The notes under the pieces are model-generated. The model saw only the letters and a list, made by a program, of their open reading frames with translations, made no database searches and had not been told where the DNA came from. 64,000 bases of DNA from Blastocladiella emersonii ATCC 22665 (taxonomy: Eukaryota > Fungi > Blastocladiomycota). Location of the stretch: assembly GCA_025594325.1 (NCBI GenBank), contig JANHCV010000006.1, forward strand, positions 248,001 through 312,000, in the 5' to 3' direction. This document shows positions 11,841 to 23,600 of this stretch, piece by piece (positions within the stretch are counted from its first letter, which is position 1; the number at the start of each line of letters is the position of its first letter). Made by a program: the position numbers and the translations under genes.

Positions 11841-12545
11841 GCAGTACACGCAGCCGCAGGAGCCCAAGTACACGGGGCCGCCGACCCCGACGACGCCAAG
11901 CACGGGTCCGGCTCGCGCGACGCTGACGGCACCGCCGCGGCTGCGGTTCCTCTGCGACGTGAACGCGTCGGACTCGTCAGAATCCGACGACGACCCGGGC
12001 TTCCCCGGCGACGTGGCCTTCACCTCAGTAGGCGTGCCGCGCACGATGAAGGGCATGCGGGCCGAGCTCAACGAGGCCACAGAGGTGTACCACGAGTGCA
12101 TGCGCGACGGCCGCGAGACAACAACCTCGCCGCGCACCAGGCCGCCCGCGCCGCGGCAAACGGCGTCGCATCGGGCGCCGCTGGTCACGGTGTGCAGCAG
12201 GTCGCCGCCTCGATTGCCGCGGAACCCGCGGCGCAGCAGCTCACGATCCAGCAGCCCGTCGACATCTCGGCCGCCGTCGTCGCGCTTCTAGCCGCTGCAC
12301 GAGGCACTGGTGCTGGTCCTTGGTCTGCCACGCGACGTAGACGATCGGGTACACGTCGAGAGGCGCGGCCTTGGTGCGGCCGTGCACGTACACAACGACG
12401 CGGAGCACCTTGAGCAGGACTACGATGCCGCGGTCCGTGAGCAGCCGCCCGCCAGACGTCTGCTGCGACTGCGCGTCCGACTTGCCCGCGAACAGCGAGT
12501 CCGTCCACGCCGCGCCGCCCTTGCGCACGCCCGAAGAAGGGGAGC

Positions 12546-12633
12546 GGCGGCTGTGTTGTTGGCCGCGGTCGCGGCGGCTGTGTCGTTGGCCGCGGTCGCG
12601 GCGGCTGTGTCGTTGGCCGCGGTCGCGGCGGCG
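12546..12633. repeat. 27-bp tandem repeat, about 3.3 copies (encodes TAAATAAND on the minus strand)
   Basis: The unit GGCGGCTGTGTCGTTGGCCGCGGTCGC is repeated, with one substitution in the first copy. Confidence 0.9.
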
Positions 12634-13252
12634 GTGAGAGGGCCGGCGGCGCGGTACTCGGTCTCGCGCGGGAGCGCGCTGTTGATGTTCTTGTGCAGGT
12701 CCGTAAACAGCGCGAGCATGGCGGGGTCCGAGAGCACGTTGCCAAGCGCCTGGGCGCGCGACGCGACCTCGGGCACAGTCGAATTCAGGTGTGTTACGAG
12801 TTCCTTGCACGCGGTGCCAAGACGGAATGCAAGCGGATCCCACGGTTCGCGCGTGACGGAAGCAAGCAACCTCCACGACGCGATGCGACGCGACGCGACG
12901 CGACGCGTCTCTAGCATGTCTCCCAAAGTGCCGGCGCCTTGACCTCCCTCGCCGCCTCGCACGAAACAAATGCGGGAAATTCACTTCTAAAGACAAAAAG
13001 GGTTAGTTTTCTGGGAGAGGACGAGTATTTTGGATATAGGGAGTGGAGCGCAAGCAGAAATGTCTTATCCCCAAGGAGGGTTGGCTAAGGGCGCACATGA
13101 TTGATGATGGTCAACCTCGAACCCCTCGAGGTTCGAACTGGCACCCAAAACTCCCTCGACCCGCCGTGGCCCGGACCCACGGAGACCCTGTAGCAGACGG
13201 CTCACCCGCGCCCCCGTACTCGTGAACTACAAACTTTAGCAAAGTACGCAGG

Positions 13253-13586
13253 GTATGGGCGGCCCCTGTGGCCAAGCTGGCAGCCGTTTCAGGTCTTTCG
13301 ACTTTTCGCGTTTTCCGCTCCTTCGCTTCACGCTTTTCGCGCTTTTCGCTCCTTTCGCTTTTCGCGTTCGCTCGCTTCCCCGCACCCCCGGCCGCTGCTA
13401 GCCACGATAAAGCGCCTCGCAACGCACCACGTGACGCCCTCGCGCTCACGTACGCCGTCGCCGCCGTCGCCGCCGTCGGGCGCGCTGCTCGCCGCGAATC
13501 GCTCGCCGTTACCGCCGCCGCGATCACAACAGAAATCGTCGCGCGTGACGCGTCTATGCAACCCGCACTACCCGCAACGCAATACA
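13253..13586 (+). repeat. Left long TIR
   Basis: Begins GTATGGGCGGCCCCTGTGGCCAAGCTGG and contains three TTTTCGCG motifs (within 13301-13366). Confidence 0.88.
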
Positions 13587-14546
13587 GCTCGCTCGGGGGT
13601 CACTACGCCGTGAGCTGCTTCATGATCGCAACTTCTATGGGCAACCGCGCTGTACGGTGCCTTGACCGTCAGAATTCGGAACGGGCACGGGTGCCCTGGA
13701 TGCACTGCTGTGGCAGCGAGGGCTGCAATGTGTGAGGCGTGAAACGGTGTGAGTTTGAGTACGAGATGCAGGGATCAGCTCGGCCATCAGCGGGCGCGGG
13801 TCGCGCGGCCATGAGCGGCCATGAGCTCGTGGCCAAGCTTGGTTGAGAGCGGCGCGGGCGTCGCTCGTTTCTCAATGCAACCCGATTACCAACCGTGAGG
13901 GCGGAGAGTACATGGCTCTGATCAGGAATACTAGTTGGTCAAGGACGGCCGCGATTCGTGCTCCAAGTGTGCGCGTCCGTCGTGTTTTCGTCCGCTTCCC
14001 GCTGACGCTGCGGTTGGAACTTCAACCAGCATCATCGCTGTCATGCTTGCCTTGTCTATTCGCGTTGAATGTCGCTGACATGGCGATCCGAGCCTCAGAT
14101 GTCCAAGTGCGATGTCAACGAGCTCAGCAGAAGTCATCCCCCGCGCCAAGTTGATGGAAACGCGCTCTATTCGTTTGAAGCCAAGGTACATGAGCTAGAT
14201 TCGGGACAGTTGCGCGCGATCCTCACTTCATCACAAGAGTCTGTACTACAAACGCGTCGCCTCACCTTGATGCGCCAGGATCCTCAAGTAGCTCAGCTGA
14301 TCAATCCTGGCAAGTTCGGCCAACCAAGCGGGTTGGGACCGAGCTGGATGTTGTGGTGAACAGAGAGTGCGGTCAAGTCGCCCACACCAACGCGAAATCG
14401 TGGCGAAGCAACATGCGTGCTTGACTGCGAAGAACCCTTGACCTAAAGTGCGCGTCAGAACAGGCCCTGGCGCTTGGCGGGGACAACGCCATCAATGAGG
14501 CGGGCCTCACTCATGTCGCGCATCGCTCATGGCTTCGGGCGGCAAG

Positions 14547-14864
14547 TGTGCTGCGTTGCCGGAAGTGCAGGTTTCAAGGGTGCGTCACGCGCGATAAATT
14601 TTCGAGCGCGGTCGCGACGACGCTGGCGGCGACCGGATCGCGGCGACCAGCGTGCGCGACAGCGTGCGTGAGCGCGAGGTGGTCACGTGGTGCGTTGCGA
14701 GACGCTTTATCGTGGCTAGCAGCGGCCGGGGGTGCGGGGAAGCGAGCGAACGCGAAAAGCGAAAGGAGCGAAAAGCGCGAAAAGCGTGAAGCGAAGGAGC
14801 GGAAAACGCGAAAAGTCGAAAGACCTGAAACGGCTGCCAGCTTGGCCACAGGGGCCGCCCATAC
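14547..14864 (-). repeat. Right long TIR
   Basis: Ends CCAGCTTGGCCACAGGGGCCGCCCATAC, the reverse complement of the left TIR start. Confidence 0.88.
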
Positions 14865-15138
14865 GCAAGGCCGAAATTGTCCTTCTCGAGATACAGCTGT
14901 AGCTCGGGTCATGTCCGCTCAAGATACAAGACGGGTGATACTGTCGGAACGCGATAGCAGCCCGCCGCTCACGTGCGTGGCGCAACGCGCCGTCTCAGAC
15001 GCGAGGCACGCGAACCAAACGACCAACATCAGCTCAAACACAAACACTATCGTGGAAGTCCAGATGATGCGTTTGCGCAAATATCAAGTGTATTCAGCAA
15101 GCAGCGCGATGCGAGAATGAGGGTGGTAGAAACTCGAG

Positions 15139-17262
15139 TTACTGGCCCGAGCGCAGGAGCCGGAACAGCTCCGCGAGCCGTCGCTCGCGCTCTGGCCCTT
15201 TGGGGACCCGGTGCAGAAGGTCCTCGAGCCCGGCGATCGCCACCACCGACTTCGGGAAGTCCCAGTGCAGCCCGGAGATCATCTCGATGAGGCGGTAGGC
15301 ACACTGGACCATGTCGGCCTCGTTTGCGCCGCCGAGCGTCGCATCGAACGACTCGGGTTCCTGGAGCTGGCGCAAGCAGATCTTGATGCGCGCGCAAAGT
15401 TCCCGCGGCGACATGGCGAGCATGTAGCAGTCATCGACATCGTGGTCGAGCGGTTGGTAGAACTCGCGATCGGTCTCGGCGTGAGCGAGGGCAGGGCAGA
15501 AGGTGCAGCTGACGTTGGGCGCTGGGCCCCGCTTCTGCCCCCGCTCGGCCGCAGGATGATGGTGATGATGGCGAAGACGAACAGCACCACTTGAAGTTGA
15601 GGACGACGGCCGAGAAGTCGGCGTGTTGGCGCTCGTGTTCGTGTAGGGCGGAGGGCCGAAGTGGAAGGCACCCGACGATGGCGGACGCGGAGCGCGTGAT
15701 GTGCCACCACTCGGCCGCGATGCGCGGGCGACGGCGTGCAAGCGAGCGACGGTCGACGTGGCGCTCGAGGACGCGTTCCGCAGCAGCCGCTGCTGCTCCT
15801 CGTAAATGAAGTCGAAGAGACTCGGGAGACGGTGCGAGGGCCGGTTGGCGCTCGGCAGGTCGGCGAGCGTGTTGAGGATGAGCATCGCCGCCCCGTACTC
15901 CGGGTGGCCCGCGCGTACGCGATCGAGCTGCTGCGCGAGGTCCTTGGTCCGCTGCACGAGCTCGGCCTCGGTGAACCCGGTCCCTGGCGCGACGTGCGGG
16001 ATCGTCGGATCATGCTTCAGGCCGTGCGCCACCTTCTTGCCGAGGACCCTCATGTTCTTGAGCAGGTCGCACTTGAAGATCTCGTGCGTGGTCGAGCGCG
16101 GCTGCTTGGTCTCGTACAGGTTCACCTCGCGGCACAGGGGGCACTCGTGCTGCTGCGCGGGGCCGACGGTCTCCTCGGCTGCCGAGCGGGGAGCAGCAGT
16201 CGGTGCCGCCATAGTCGATGCCGCGGCCGCGGCCGCGGCCGCCGCCGTGCTAGCTGCACCAGCAGGGCGCGGCGGGAGCGAGTGACGCGACAGCGGCGGG
16301 CGCTGCTGTGTGGCGGGTACCCGTACGCGGTGCGCGAGCGCCGATGGTGGTGCCGCGAGCGAGCTGCTGTTGCTGCTGGCGCTGGCCGCGGGTCCGAGAA
16401 TCAGCTCGCCCGGTTCCGGCGATGGTTCCGCGGAGCTGCCGGAGACCTCGACATACGAGTAGTTGCGCTTATTCGACGTCGTAGCCGCCGAGCTGCTGCT
16501 TCTTGTGGTGGAGGAGGCGGTGTTGGAGATGGTAGCGGTCATGGACGTGGAAGTTGATGGCGCCGACGGGGCGATCACAGACGCGGAGCTTGGACCGGCC
16601 GACCCCGCGTTGACCGCGGGCGCCGAGGGGCCCTGCTGCGCGTGCCGCTCGGGACCCCGCGCCTCAATGCCGCCGGCAGGCGCGGCCGAGGTAGACGACG
16701 GGGAGCGAGGCCCGCGCGATACCGCCGTCGTCGGCCCAGCCGCGAGCAACGAGACGGCGGGTGCCGCCGGGTTACTGCTGCTAGGAGCAGTGGAACTTGA
16801 AGTTCTCGGCGGCGCTCGCGGCGACGGGGCGGCCATGAGCGTGAACCCGGACCCGGATCCGGGCGGCGAAACGACGTTGGCCGTCGCGTCCGCCGACATG
16901 GGCGGCGGGCGGCGCCGGGGATCGCGCTGCACGGACTGGTCGGCGGTCCCCGCGGGAGATGTAGCAGATGCTGCCGGTGTCGACGACGATGAGGAAGAGG
17001 ACGCGTGGTTCGCGATCTGGGCCACGACGATGCGATCCGCGCTCTCGATCTGCGCCAGCTCGCGGTCGGCCCGTTCGCGCAGCCGGCGCAGGCCGTCGGC
17101 ACGCTCGCGGAGCGCGCCGTGCACCACCTGCAAGTCCTCGACCCTGCCGGGCAGCGCGCCGGCGTGGACCAAAGTCGTCACCGCAGCGAAGAACGTGCTC
17201 GCGTCGACGGGCGGCTGCCCCGCGGGCGGGGGTGCCGAGGCGTCGGGTGCTTTCTGATGCAT
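15139..17262 (-). CDS. Orphan Ser/Ala/Pro-rich protein (~707 aa) with a short coiled coil and two CxxC..H-x4-C modules
   Basis: The frame is uninterrupted from ATG 17262 (MHQKAP). It contains CPLC-x15-H-x4-C at 16069-16143 and CTFC-x17-H-x4-C at 15427-15507. Codon usage looks coding-like. Confidence 0.6.
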   Translation of the reverse strand: MHQKAPDASAPPPAGQPPVDASTFFAAVTTLVHAGALPGRVEDLQVVHGALRERADGLRRLRERADRELAQIESADRIVVAQIANHASSSSSSSTPAASATSPAGTADQSVQRDPRRRPPPMSADATANVVSPPGSGSGFTLMAAPSPRAPPRTSSSTAPSSSNPAAPAVSLLAAGPTTAVSRGPRSPSSTSAAPAGGIEARGPERHAQQGPSAPAVNAGSAGPSSASVIAPSAPSTSTSMTATISNTASSTTRSSSSAATTSNKRNYSYVEVSGSSAEPSPEPGELILGPAASASSNSSSLAAPPSALAHRVRVPATQQRPPLSRHSLPPRPAGAASTAAAAAAAAASTMAAPTAAPRSAAEETVGPAQQHECPLCREVNLYETKQPRSTTHEIFKCDLLKNMRVLGKKVAHGLKHDPTIPHVAPGTGFTEAELVQRTKDLAQQLDRVRAGHPEYGAAMLILNTLADLPSANRPSHRLPSLFDFIYEEQQRLLRNASSSATSTVARLHAVARASRPSGGTSRAPRPPSSGAFHFGPPPYTNTSANTPTSRPSSSTSSGAVRLRHHHHHPAAERGQKRGPAPNVSCTFCPALAHAETDREFYQPLDHDVDDCYMLAMSPRELCARIKICLRQLQEPESFDATLGGANEADMVQCAYRLIEMISGLHWDFPKSVVAIAGLEDLLHRVPKGPERERRLAELFRLLRSGQ

Positions 17263-17689
17263 GAAGTCTGTTTCGTGTTCGATACGAGCTACGGCCTGGC
17301 CCTTCAGGGGGCGCGCGCGGCGACAATCGAGACGCGCGGAGGCGACGGCGGCGGCGGCGACCAGGGGGTGGGAAACGCGCGATTCAGGGGAAGCCAACAC
17401 GCCGACGTGTGTGGCGCGACGCGTCCCAAATTGTCTCGCACCAGCGGTCACGACTCTAGTAAGCGCACCTGCGACAGTCCCTCGGGCTACCCGTCGCCGA
17501 TGATTCGGTTTCGGGCCAGCAACTGGGTTCAGAATCGGAGAACGAGCACGACGCCGACTGACCGTGAAGACCACCAAGGAGTGTTTCGAAGCGAAAAACA
17601 AGTATCAGAATTACAGCAAACAATGAGCAAAATCAACAACAGAGGGTGAAGAAGTAGAGGGGGAGAGGTAGAAGTTGAGGGAGGAACGC

Positions 17690-20600
17690 TTACAGCGCGT
17701 TGCACACCGCGGCGGCGTAGTCGCCCGAGTGCGAGATGGTCACCTTGACGTTCTTGGCGCCGACGGCGACGCGGGCCGCCTCGGCCGCGCCGTGGAGGCG
17801 GACCTCGGGCGCGCCTGACGCGGTCGGCAGGACCTCGATGTCCTTGAGCGGGGCGCCGGCGCCCTGGGTGAGCACCTTGGCGGCGTCGACCGACGACAGC
17901 GCCTTGACGACGGCCTCCTTGGCGGCCCAGCGGCCGGCGAACGACGCGGCGGGGTCGGGGCGCGACGCGCAGTACTCGATCTCGGCGGCCGTGAAGTTGC
18001 GCTCGATAAACGACTGCTTGGCATCCATGTCGGCGAACACGGCGACGAGCTCGATGTCGACGCCGACGCCGCGGGGCGCGGCCGCGCCAGTGTCCGCCGA
18101 CGCCTCGGCGGCGTTGGCGACCAGCGCGTGCTCGAGCCACTGCTGCTGCTCGCGCGACGCCGCGGCCTTGGCGGCGGTGCGCGGGTCGAGCGAGTCGAAG
18201 TTGTACGCCTGCGCCTTGGGGTCCCACTCGGCGCGCGCGGTCGGGTCGAGGTACACCTTGGCCTCCTGCTGCGCCGTGTACGGCGCGGCGTGCTTGACGT
18301 CGACAAAGTCGCGGGCGCCCGACAGGGTGTCGTGCCAGTAGCGGTACGCCTTGCGCTGGCGGACGGCGCGCTTGGCCGCGTAGTCCGAGTAGGCGTTCTC
18401 GCTCAGCGTGGCCAGCACGTAGTGCGGGTGGAGGACGAGCAGCTCGCCGCCGACCTGGCCGAACCCGAACGACTTGAGCAGCGCGGCCTTGACGCCGTCC
18501 GTCTGCATCGAGACGGACGGGTACAGCACGTTGGTGAACTGCGCGAGCTTGGCGTCGATGTTGTCGGCGTTGCGGTTGCCCGGGATGATGCCCGTGGCGA
18601 GCACCTGCAGCACGCCGTTGAGCATCCACGCGGCCGCGGCGCCCTTCGGGTGGCCCGTCAGGTACTTCTGGAAGATGGCCGGGACCGGGTTGCCCTTGGC
18701 GCGGCCGAGGTGCTCGAGCTGGCGGTGCACGACCTGCGACTCGTTGAAGTCGTTGGCCTTGGTGCCGGTGCCGTGGAACGACGCGACGCCAATGTCGTTG
18801 ACGTCGAGGCCCCACACGGCGAGGGCGCCGCGCAGCGGCGCAATGGTCGGGTCGCGCATCCAGAAGTCGTTGCCCCACGTGTTGAGCACCGACTTGGTCT
18901 GGCGGCGCGCGTCGCGCTCAATGGCCTCGCGGCGGACGGCGAGGAACTCGGCGCGCTCGGACTCGTCGGCGACGTTGGCGGCGGCCGCCTCGTGCACGAG
19001 CTCGTCCATCTCCTCCTCCATCCACTCGGCGACCTCGCGCAGGCGGCGCTCGATCTGCTTCTTGCGGTACTTGATGTCGAGCGACCGCGGCACGTAGTTG
19101 GAGGTGCCCGTCGACACCTGGCGCGCCGTGGTGAGGATGCCCTGGCCGGGCGCGGGCACGCTGCGGCCCTGCTTGTCGGTGGCCGTGTTGGACACGGCGA
19201 TCACGCCGTACACGGGCACGCCCATCTCGAAGGCGACGGACGCGCTCATGAGGATCTGGATGCCCGAGCCCTGCGACTCCATGAACCCGCCGCGGGTCGA
19301 GGTCGCGGGGCGGCACATCTCGCGCGGCGAGCGGCCCATGGCCATCTCGGCGTCGGCGCTCGACGTGGCCTTCATGTTGGCGAACTCGTACGAGCCCTCC
19401 TCCTGGAAGTCGTCGAAGCCGCCGACGACCACGATCTTGGCCTTGCCCGACTGGATCGTCTCGACGCCGATCTCGACACTCTCGACGGCCGTGGCGCACG
19501 CGCCGACCGGCGTCTTGATCGGACCGCTCGACGAGAGCAGGAGCAGGTTGACCCAGGCGGCCATCGTCTACGAGTTGCGAACGAGGATCAAGTCAGTGAA
19601 CGTCGAGCGAGCAGTATCACGGGGTGAGAAACAACGCACGTTGATGAAGCTCTCCTGGAGAATGTCGTTCTGGACGGGCTTGTCGAGGAAGCGGTCCTTG
19701 TAGATCTTGCGGTTGGCCATCATGCCGCCGACGCCCGAGCCCGACGTGTTGCCGACCTCGGTGACGTGCACGTACTTGTAGAACTCGTACGGGTCCGTGA
19801 TACCCGAGCTGACGAGGGCCTCGACCGTGCTGACGAGCACGTACAGCGTGATGGGGTCGACCTGCTCGACAATGTCGTCGGGGACGCCGTAGCGGCGCGC
19901 CGACCAGCCCGTCGGGATCTGGCCCGCGACCAGGCGGTCGAAGCGGAGCGCCTTGGGGACGAACAGCGTGGCCGACTTCTTGAGCGTGACCGACCACTGG
20001 CCCGACGCGAGCTCCTGGACCACGCACTTGGCGGGCCCGTGCTCGGCGAGGAACCGGTCGGCCTCCTCCTTGGACGCCTCGAACGGCGCGAGGTCCTCGT
20101 TCAGCACGATCTCCTGCAGCATCGTCTTCTGCTCGGGGTTGTAGCCGTCGAACAGCTCGGGCTCGATGAGGCGGATGCCCGTGTGCGCGATGATGCGCTC
20201 CTCGTACTTGGCCTTGATCTCCGTGTCCTGGACGGGCGCGCCGGACTCGGCGTCGACCCAGCCCGAGTACGGGCGGCCCTGCACGTTGCCGTGGAGGAAC
20301 TTGATGAAGCCCATCATCCACGCCATCTCGATGGCGCCCTCGAGCGACAGGTAGCCCGCGGCCTCCATCTCCCACCGCGTGCGCGCGTTGCCGTATGGAC
20401 CGACCTCGCCGAACCCGGTGATGACCACGACGCGGTCGAGGTCGACGGCGCCCTGCAGGTGGCCGAGCGTCGCGTGCAGGTCCTTGTACGACGGCAGGTC
20501 GGGGAAGTCGAAGGTCAGGTTGGCGCGCGGCGTGACCGTGAGCGGGGCCTTGACGGGGTCGACGGCCTGCTGGTCGATCTGGTTGTCGCGCAGGACGGCC

Positions 20601-23600
20601 TGGCGGACCTCGGCGGTGCCGAGCAGCTCGGCGCGCAGCGCCGCGACGTGCTCCTTGAGGTTGGGCAGCTGGTTCATCTTGCCCGCGAGGTCGGCGTGCA
20701 GGGCCTCCTCCTGGCTGAGGCGGGCGATCTTGGGGTGCATGAGGCACAGCAGGTTGAAGGCCATCTCGATGGTCGAGAAGGTGTAGACGCCGAGCGCCTC
20801 GATGCCCTGCGACACGAGGTTGTTGGACGACATGAGCCCGGTGCCGCGGGTCCAGCCGATGACGGCGCCGATCACGCACAGGTACTCGGACCACGACTCG
20901 GACTCCCACCGGTTGAGCAGCGTCTCGAGAGCGATCTTGGACTCGCCGTACAGGCCGTCGCCGCCAAAGGTGCCGTGGTTGGGCGACAGCGGGAGCAGGA
21001 CGTGCGCGGGCCGCGTGGTGGTCTCGCGCGCGCGCTTCTCGGCGACGACGAGGCCGAGCATGCGCAGCACGTTGGTGAGCATGAGGCGGTGCGCGAGCTC
21101 CGACTTGGAGTCGATGTCGGTGATCTCGCGGCCGTTCTCGGAGATGGCGGCGAAGGGGACGATGAAGTCGAGGTCCCAGCCGAGCTCGCCGTAGATGTAC
21201 TGGACGAGCTTCTGGGTGTCGGTGTGGCTGCCGGCGTTGAAGGGCACGATGACGAGCGCCGAGCCGCGGGACCCGTGCTGCTCGAAGATGGTGCGGTAGT
21301 GCTGGGTCGCGGCCTGCGAGAAGGACGACGTGGTGACGACGACCTTGGCGCCGGCGGACAGCGCGCCCTTGAGGACCGACGCGCCGATCGAGTCGCGGCC
21401 GCAGCCCGTGATGAGCATGGTCTTGCCCGCGAGCGACAGGCCCTCCTCGGCGACCTCGTGCATGATGCGGAACAGCGTGGCCGTCTTGTCGTCGTCGGCT
21501 GACCAGTCGCACGCCTTCCGCGACTTGATGTGCAGGTGGCCCTCCTTGTGCATCTTCTCGACGTAGGCGGCCATCTTGCGCACGCCGGCGCGCTGCACCT
21601 CGGCGTACTCGATCTTGCCCGCGTCGGTGAGCACGGTGCTCGGGCCGGTCGGCACCTCGACGTACTTGTACACGGGGTCGACGCCGGCCGCCTCCTTGCA
21701 GTTGTTGACGAGCTCGCGGCCGAGGCGGCGCACGAGGTCGTATTTCTGGTCGTCGACGTCGACGAAGAAGGGCAGGTGGTGGTCGAGCCAGTACTCCATG
21801 AACTCGATGACGGCGGGGTCGGCGCGGTTCATGACGTGCAGGCACTGCGCGATGAGGGCGCGGTCGACGTCGCGCAGGCGGCCGAAGATGATATCGAAGA
21901 ACAGCGACAGCACGTGCTGGCGGACCCAGTTCCACGCCGAGTCGAAGTGGCGCGCCTTGCGCGGCTCGAACATGGGCACGATCCCCTGCGCGTACGTGTC
22001 GCCGTGCTCGGCGACCCACAGGTCGAGCTGCGACTGGAGCGACTCGAGCGTCGCCGCCTGCTGGGCCACGATGCCCGCCGACGCGTGCAGGTCGACGTCG
22101 AGCGCCGAGGCCAGCGCGTTGAGCTGCGACGTCCACAGCTGCTGCTGCGACGCGAACAGGGCCTTGAGCTGCGCCGCGGACATGGCGGGCGCGGCGGCCG
22201 CGTTGCCCGAGCCCGAGGACCCGTCGGCCGACTTGTACTGGACGCCGGCGACCTGGGCGTACGCCTGGGCGACGGCGGCGAGCCACTTCTTGGCCTCGTC
22301 CTCGTTGGCGAGGCGGTTGGCGGGCTCCATCGTGCAGCCGAGGAGCAGCAGGCCGTCGGCGCGCTGCGGGCCGAGCCCGTACGCGGCCTTGAGGTGGTCC
22401 TTGACCATGGTCATGGTGAAGCCGCCGGGCATCTTGGCGGCGATGAGCTTGGACACGAGCGCCGTGGTGTGCTTGCCGAGGCCGGCGGCGGGGATCTGGG
22501 CCGCGAGCTCGTCGAGCGGCGTCTCCTCGGCGCGCTCGGGGATCGTGTTGATCTCCTTCTGCAGGTCGCCGAGAATCTCGTTCTGCATCGTCGACTTGCC
22601 GCCGACCAGGTCCTTGATGGTCTTGGACATGGGCAGCTCGGCGAGCGGCTTCTTGAGCTTCTGCGCGATGATGGCGCCGAGCAGCAGCGTCGACGCGATC
22701 GGCGCCTCGGGCACGTCCTCGGCCTGGCCACCGGCGGCGGCGGGCGCCGCGGCCACGGGAGCAGCAGCAGCGGGGGCCGAAGTGGCGGGAGCCGACGAGA
22801 TCGACGACGAACCGGCCGCGGGGGCAGCAGCCGCGACCTCCTCGTCCTGGAACTCGTAGTAAATGTCCTGGTGGTTGCGCGCGTACGAGAGGTTGGCGCG
22901 GCGGAAGGTGAGAGCGTCGTCGTAGGCCGTGTACTTGAGCTTGAGGGTGCGCTCGGCCATGCCGACGAGCGTGGACGAGGGCCCGACCTCGATGATGCGC
23001 TCGACCTTGTACTCGGCGAAGAGCACGTCCTGGGTCTCGATCCAGCGGACGGCCGACGCGAACTGGTACGCGAGCAGCTCGATGAGCAGCGTGTGGGCGA
23101 CGACCTGCTTGTCCTCGGGGGTCGCGAGCGCGAGCTTGGGCAGCAGCGCCTGGAGGACGGGCGACTGGGTCTGGTCGGCGACCGCGGCAATGTACTCGCG
23201 GGTGACGCGGAACGGCTTGGCCGTGAGGTTCGGGATGTAGCGGGCCTCGAGGCGCTGCGCGTGGATGTACGCGGGCTTGATCTTGCGCTGGAGGTACTCG
23301 CGGAACGGCGCGACGCCGGGGAGCAGGAACGACGAGTGGAACGGCACGTCGATACCGGCGAGCGGGATCGTGGCGTGGCCGCGCGCCAGCGGCATGTTCT
23401 TGAGGTCGGCAGTGCGCACGAGCTCCTCGAGCTTGGCCTGGTCGAAGACGCCGCGCGCGACCGCGTTGAGGACGAGCGTCAGGGCGTTGAGCCCCTGCAG
23501 GTCGCCGGCGACCACGTACTGCCACCCGTCGACGTTGTAGTTGACGATCTCGAGCAGGCTGCCCGTGACGCCGCGGACGTGCGCGACGAGGTCCTCGAGG

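Larger units (their letters stand above)
13253..14864. mobile_element. Non-autonomous DNA transposon with long terminal inverted repeats (Mutator/foldback-like), ~1.6 kb
   Basis: 13253-13414 is the exact reverse complement of the terminal 162 nt ending at 14864. Similarity continues with mismatches to ~13586/14547. No transposase ORF is recognisable inside and there is no clean TSD. Confidence 0.8.

Noticed and set aside
12546-12633. CRISPR-like array
   Set aside because: The units are contiguous with no unique spacers, and the context is eukaryotic. It is a coding-frame minisatellite.
13242-14875. 9-bp TSD for the long-TIR element (AAGTACGCA vs AAGGCCGAA)
   Set aside because: Only 6/9 match, which is inconsistent with perfectly identical outer TIRs. 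The superfamily is therefore left open.
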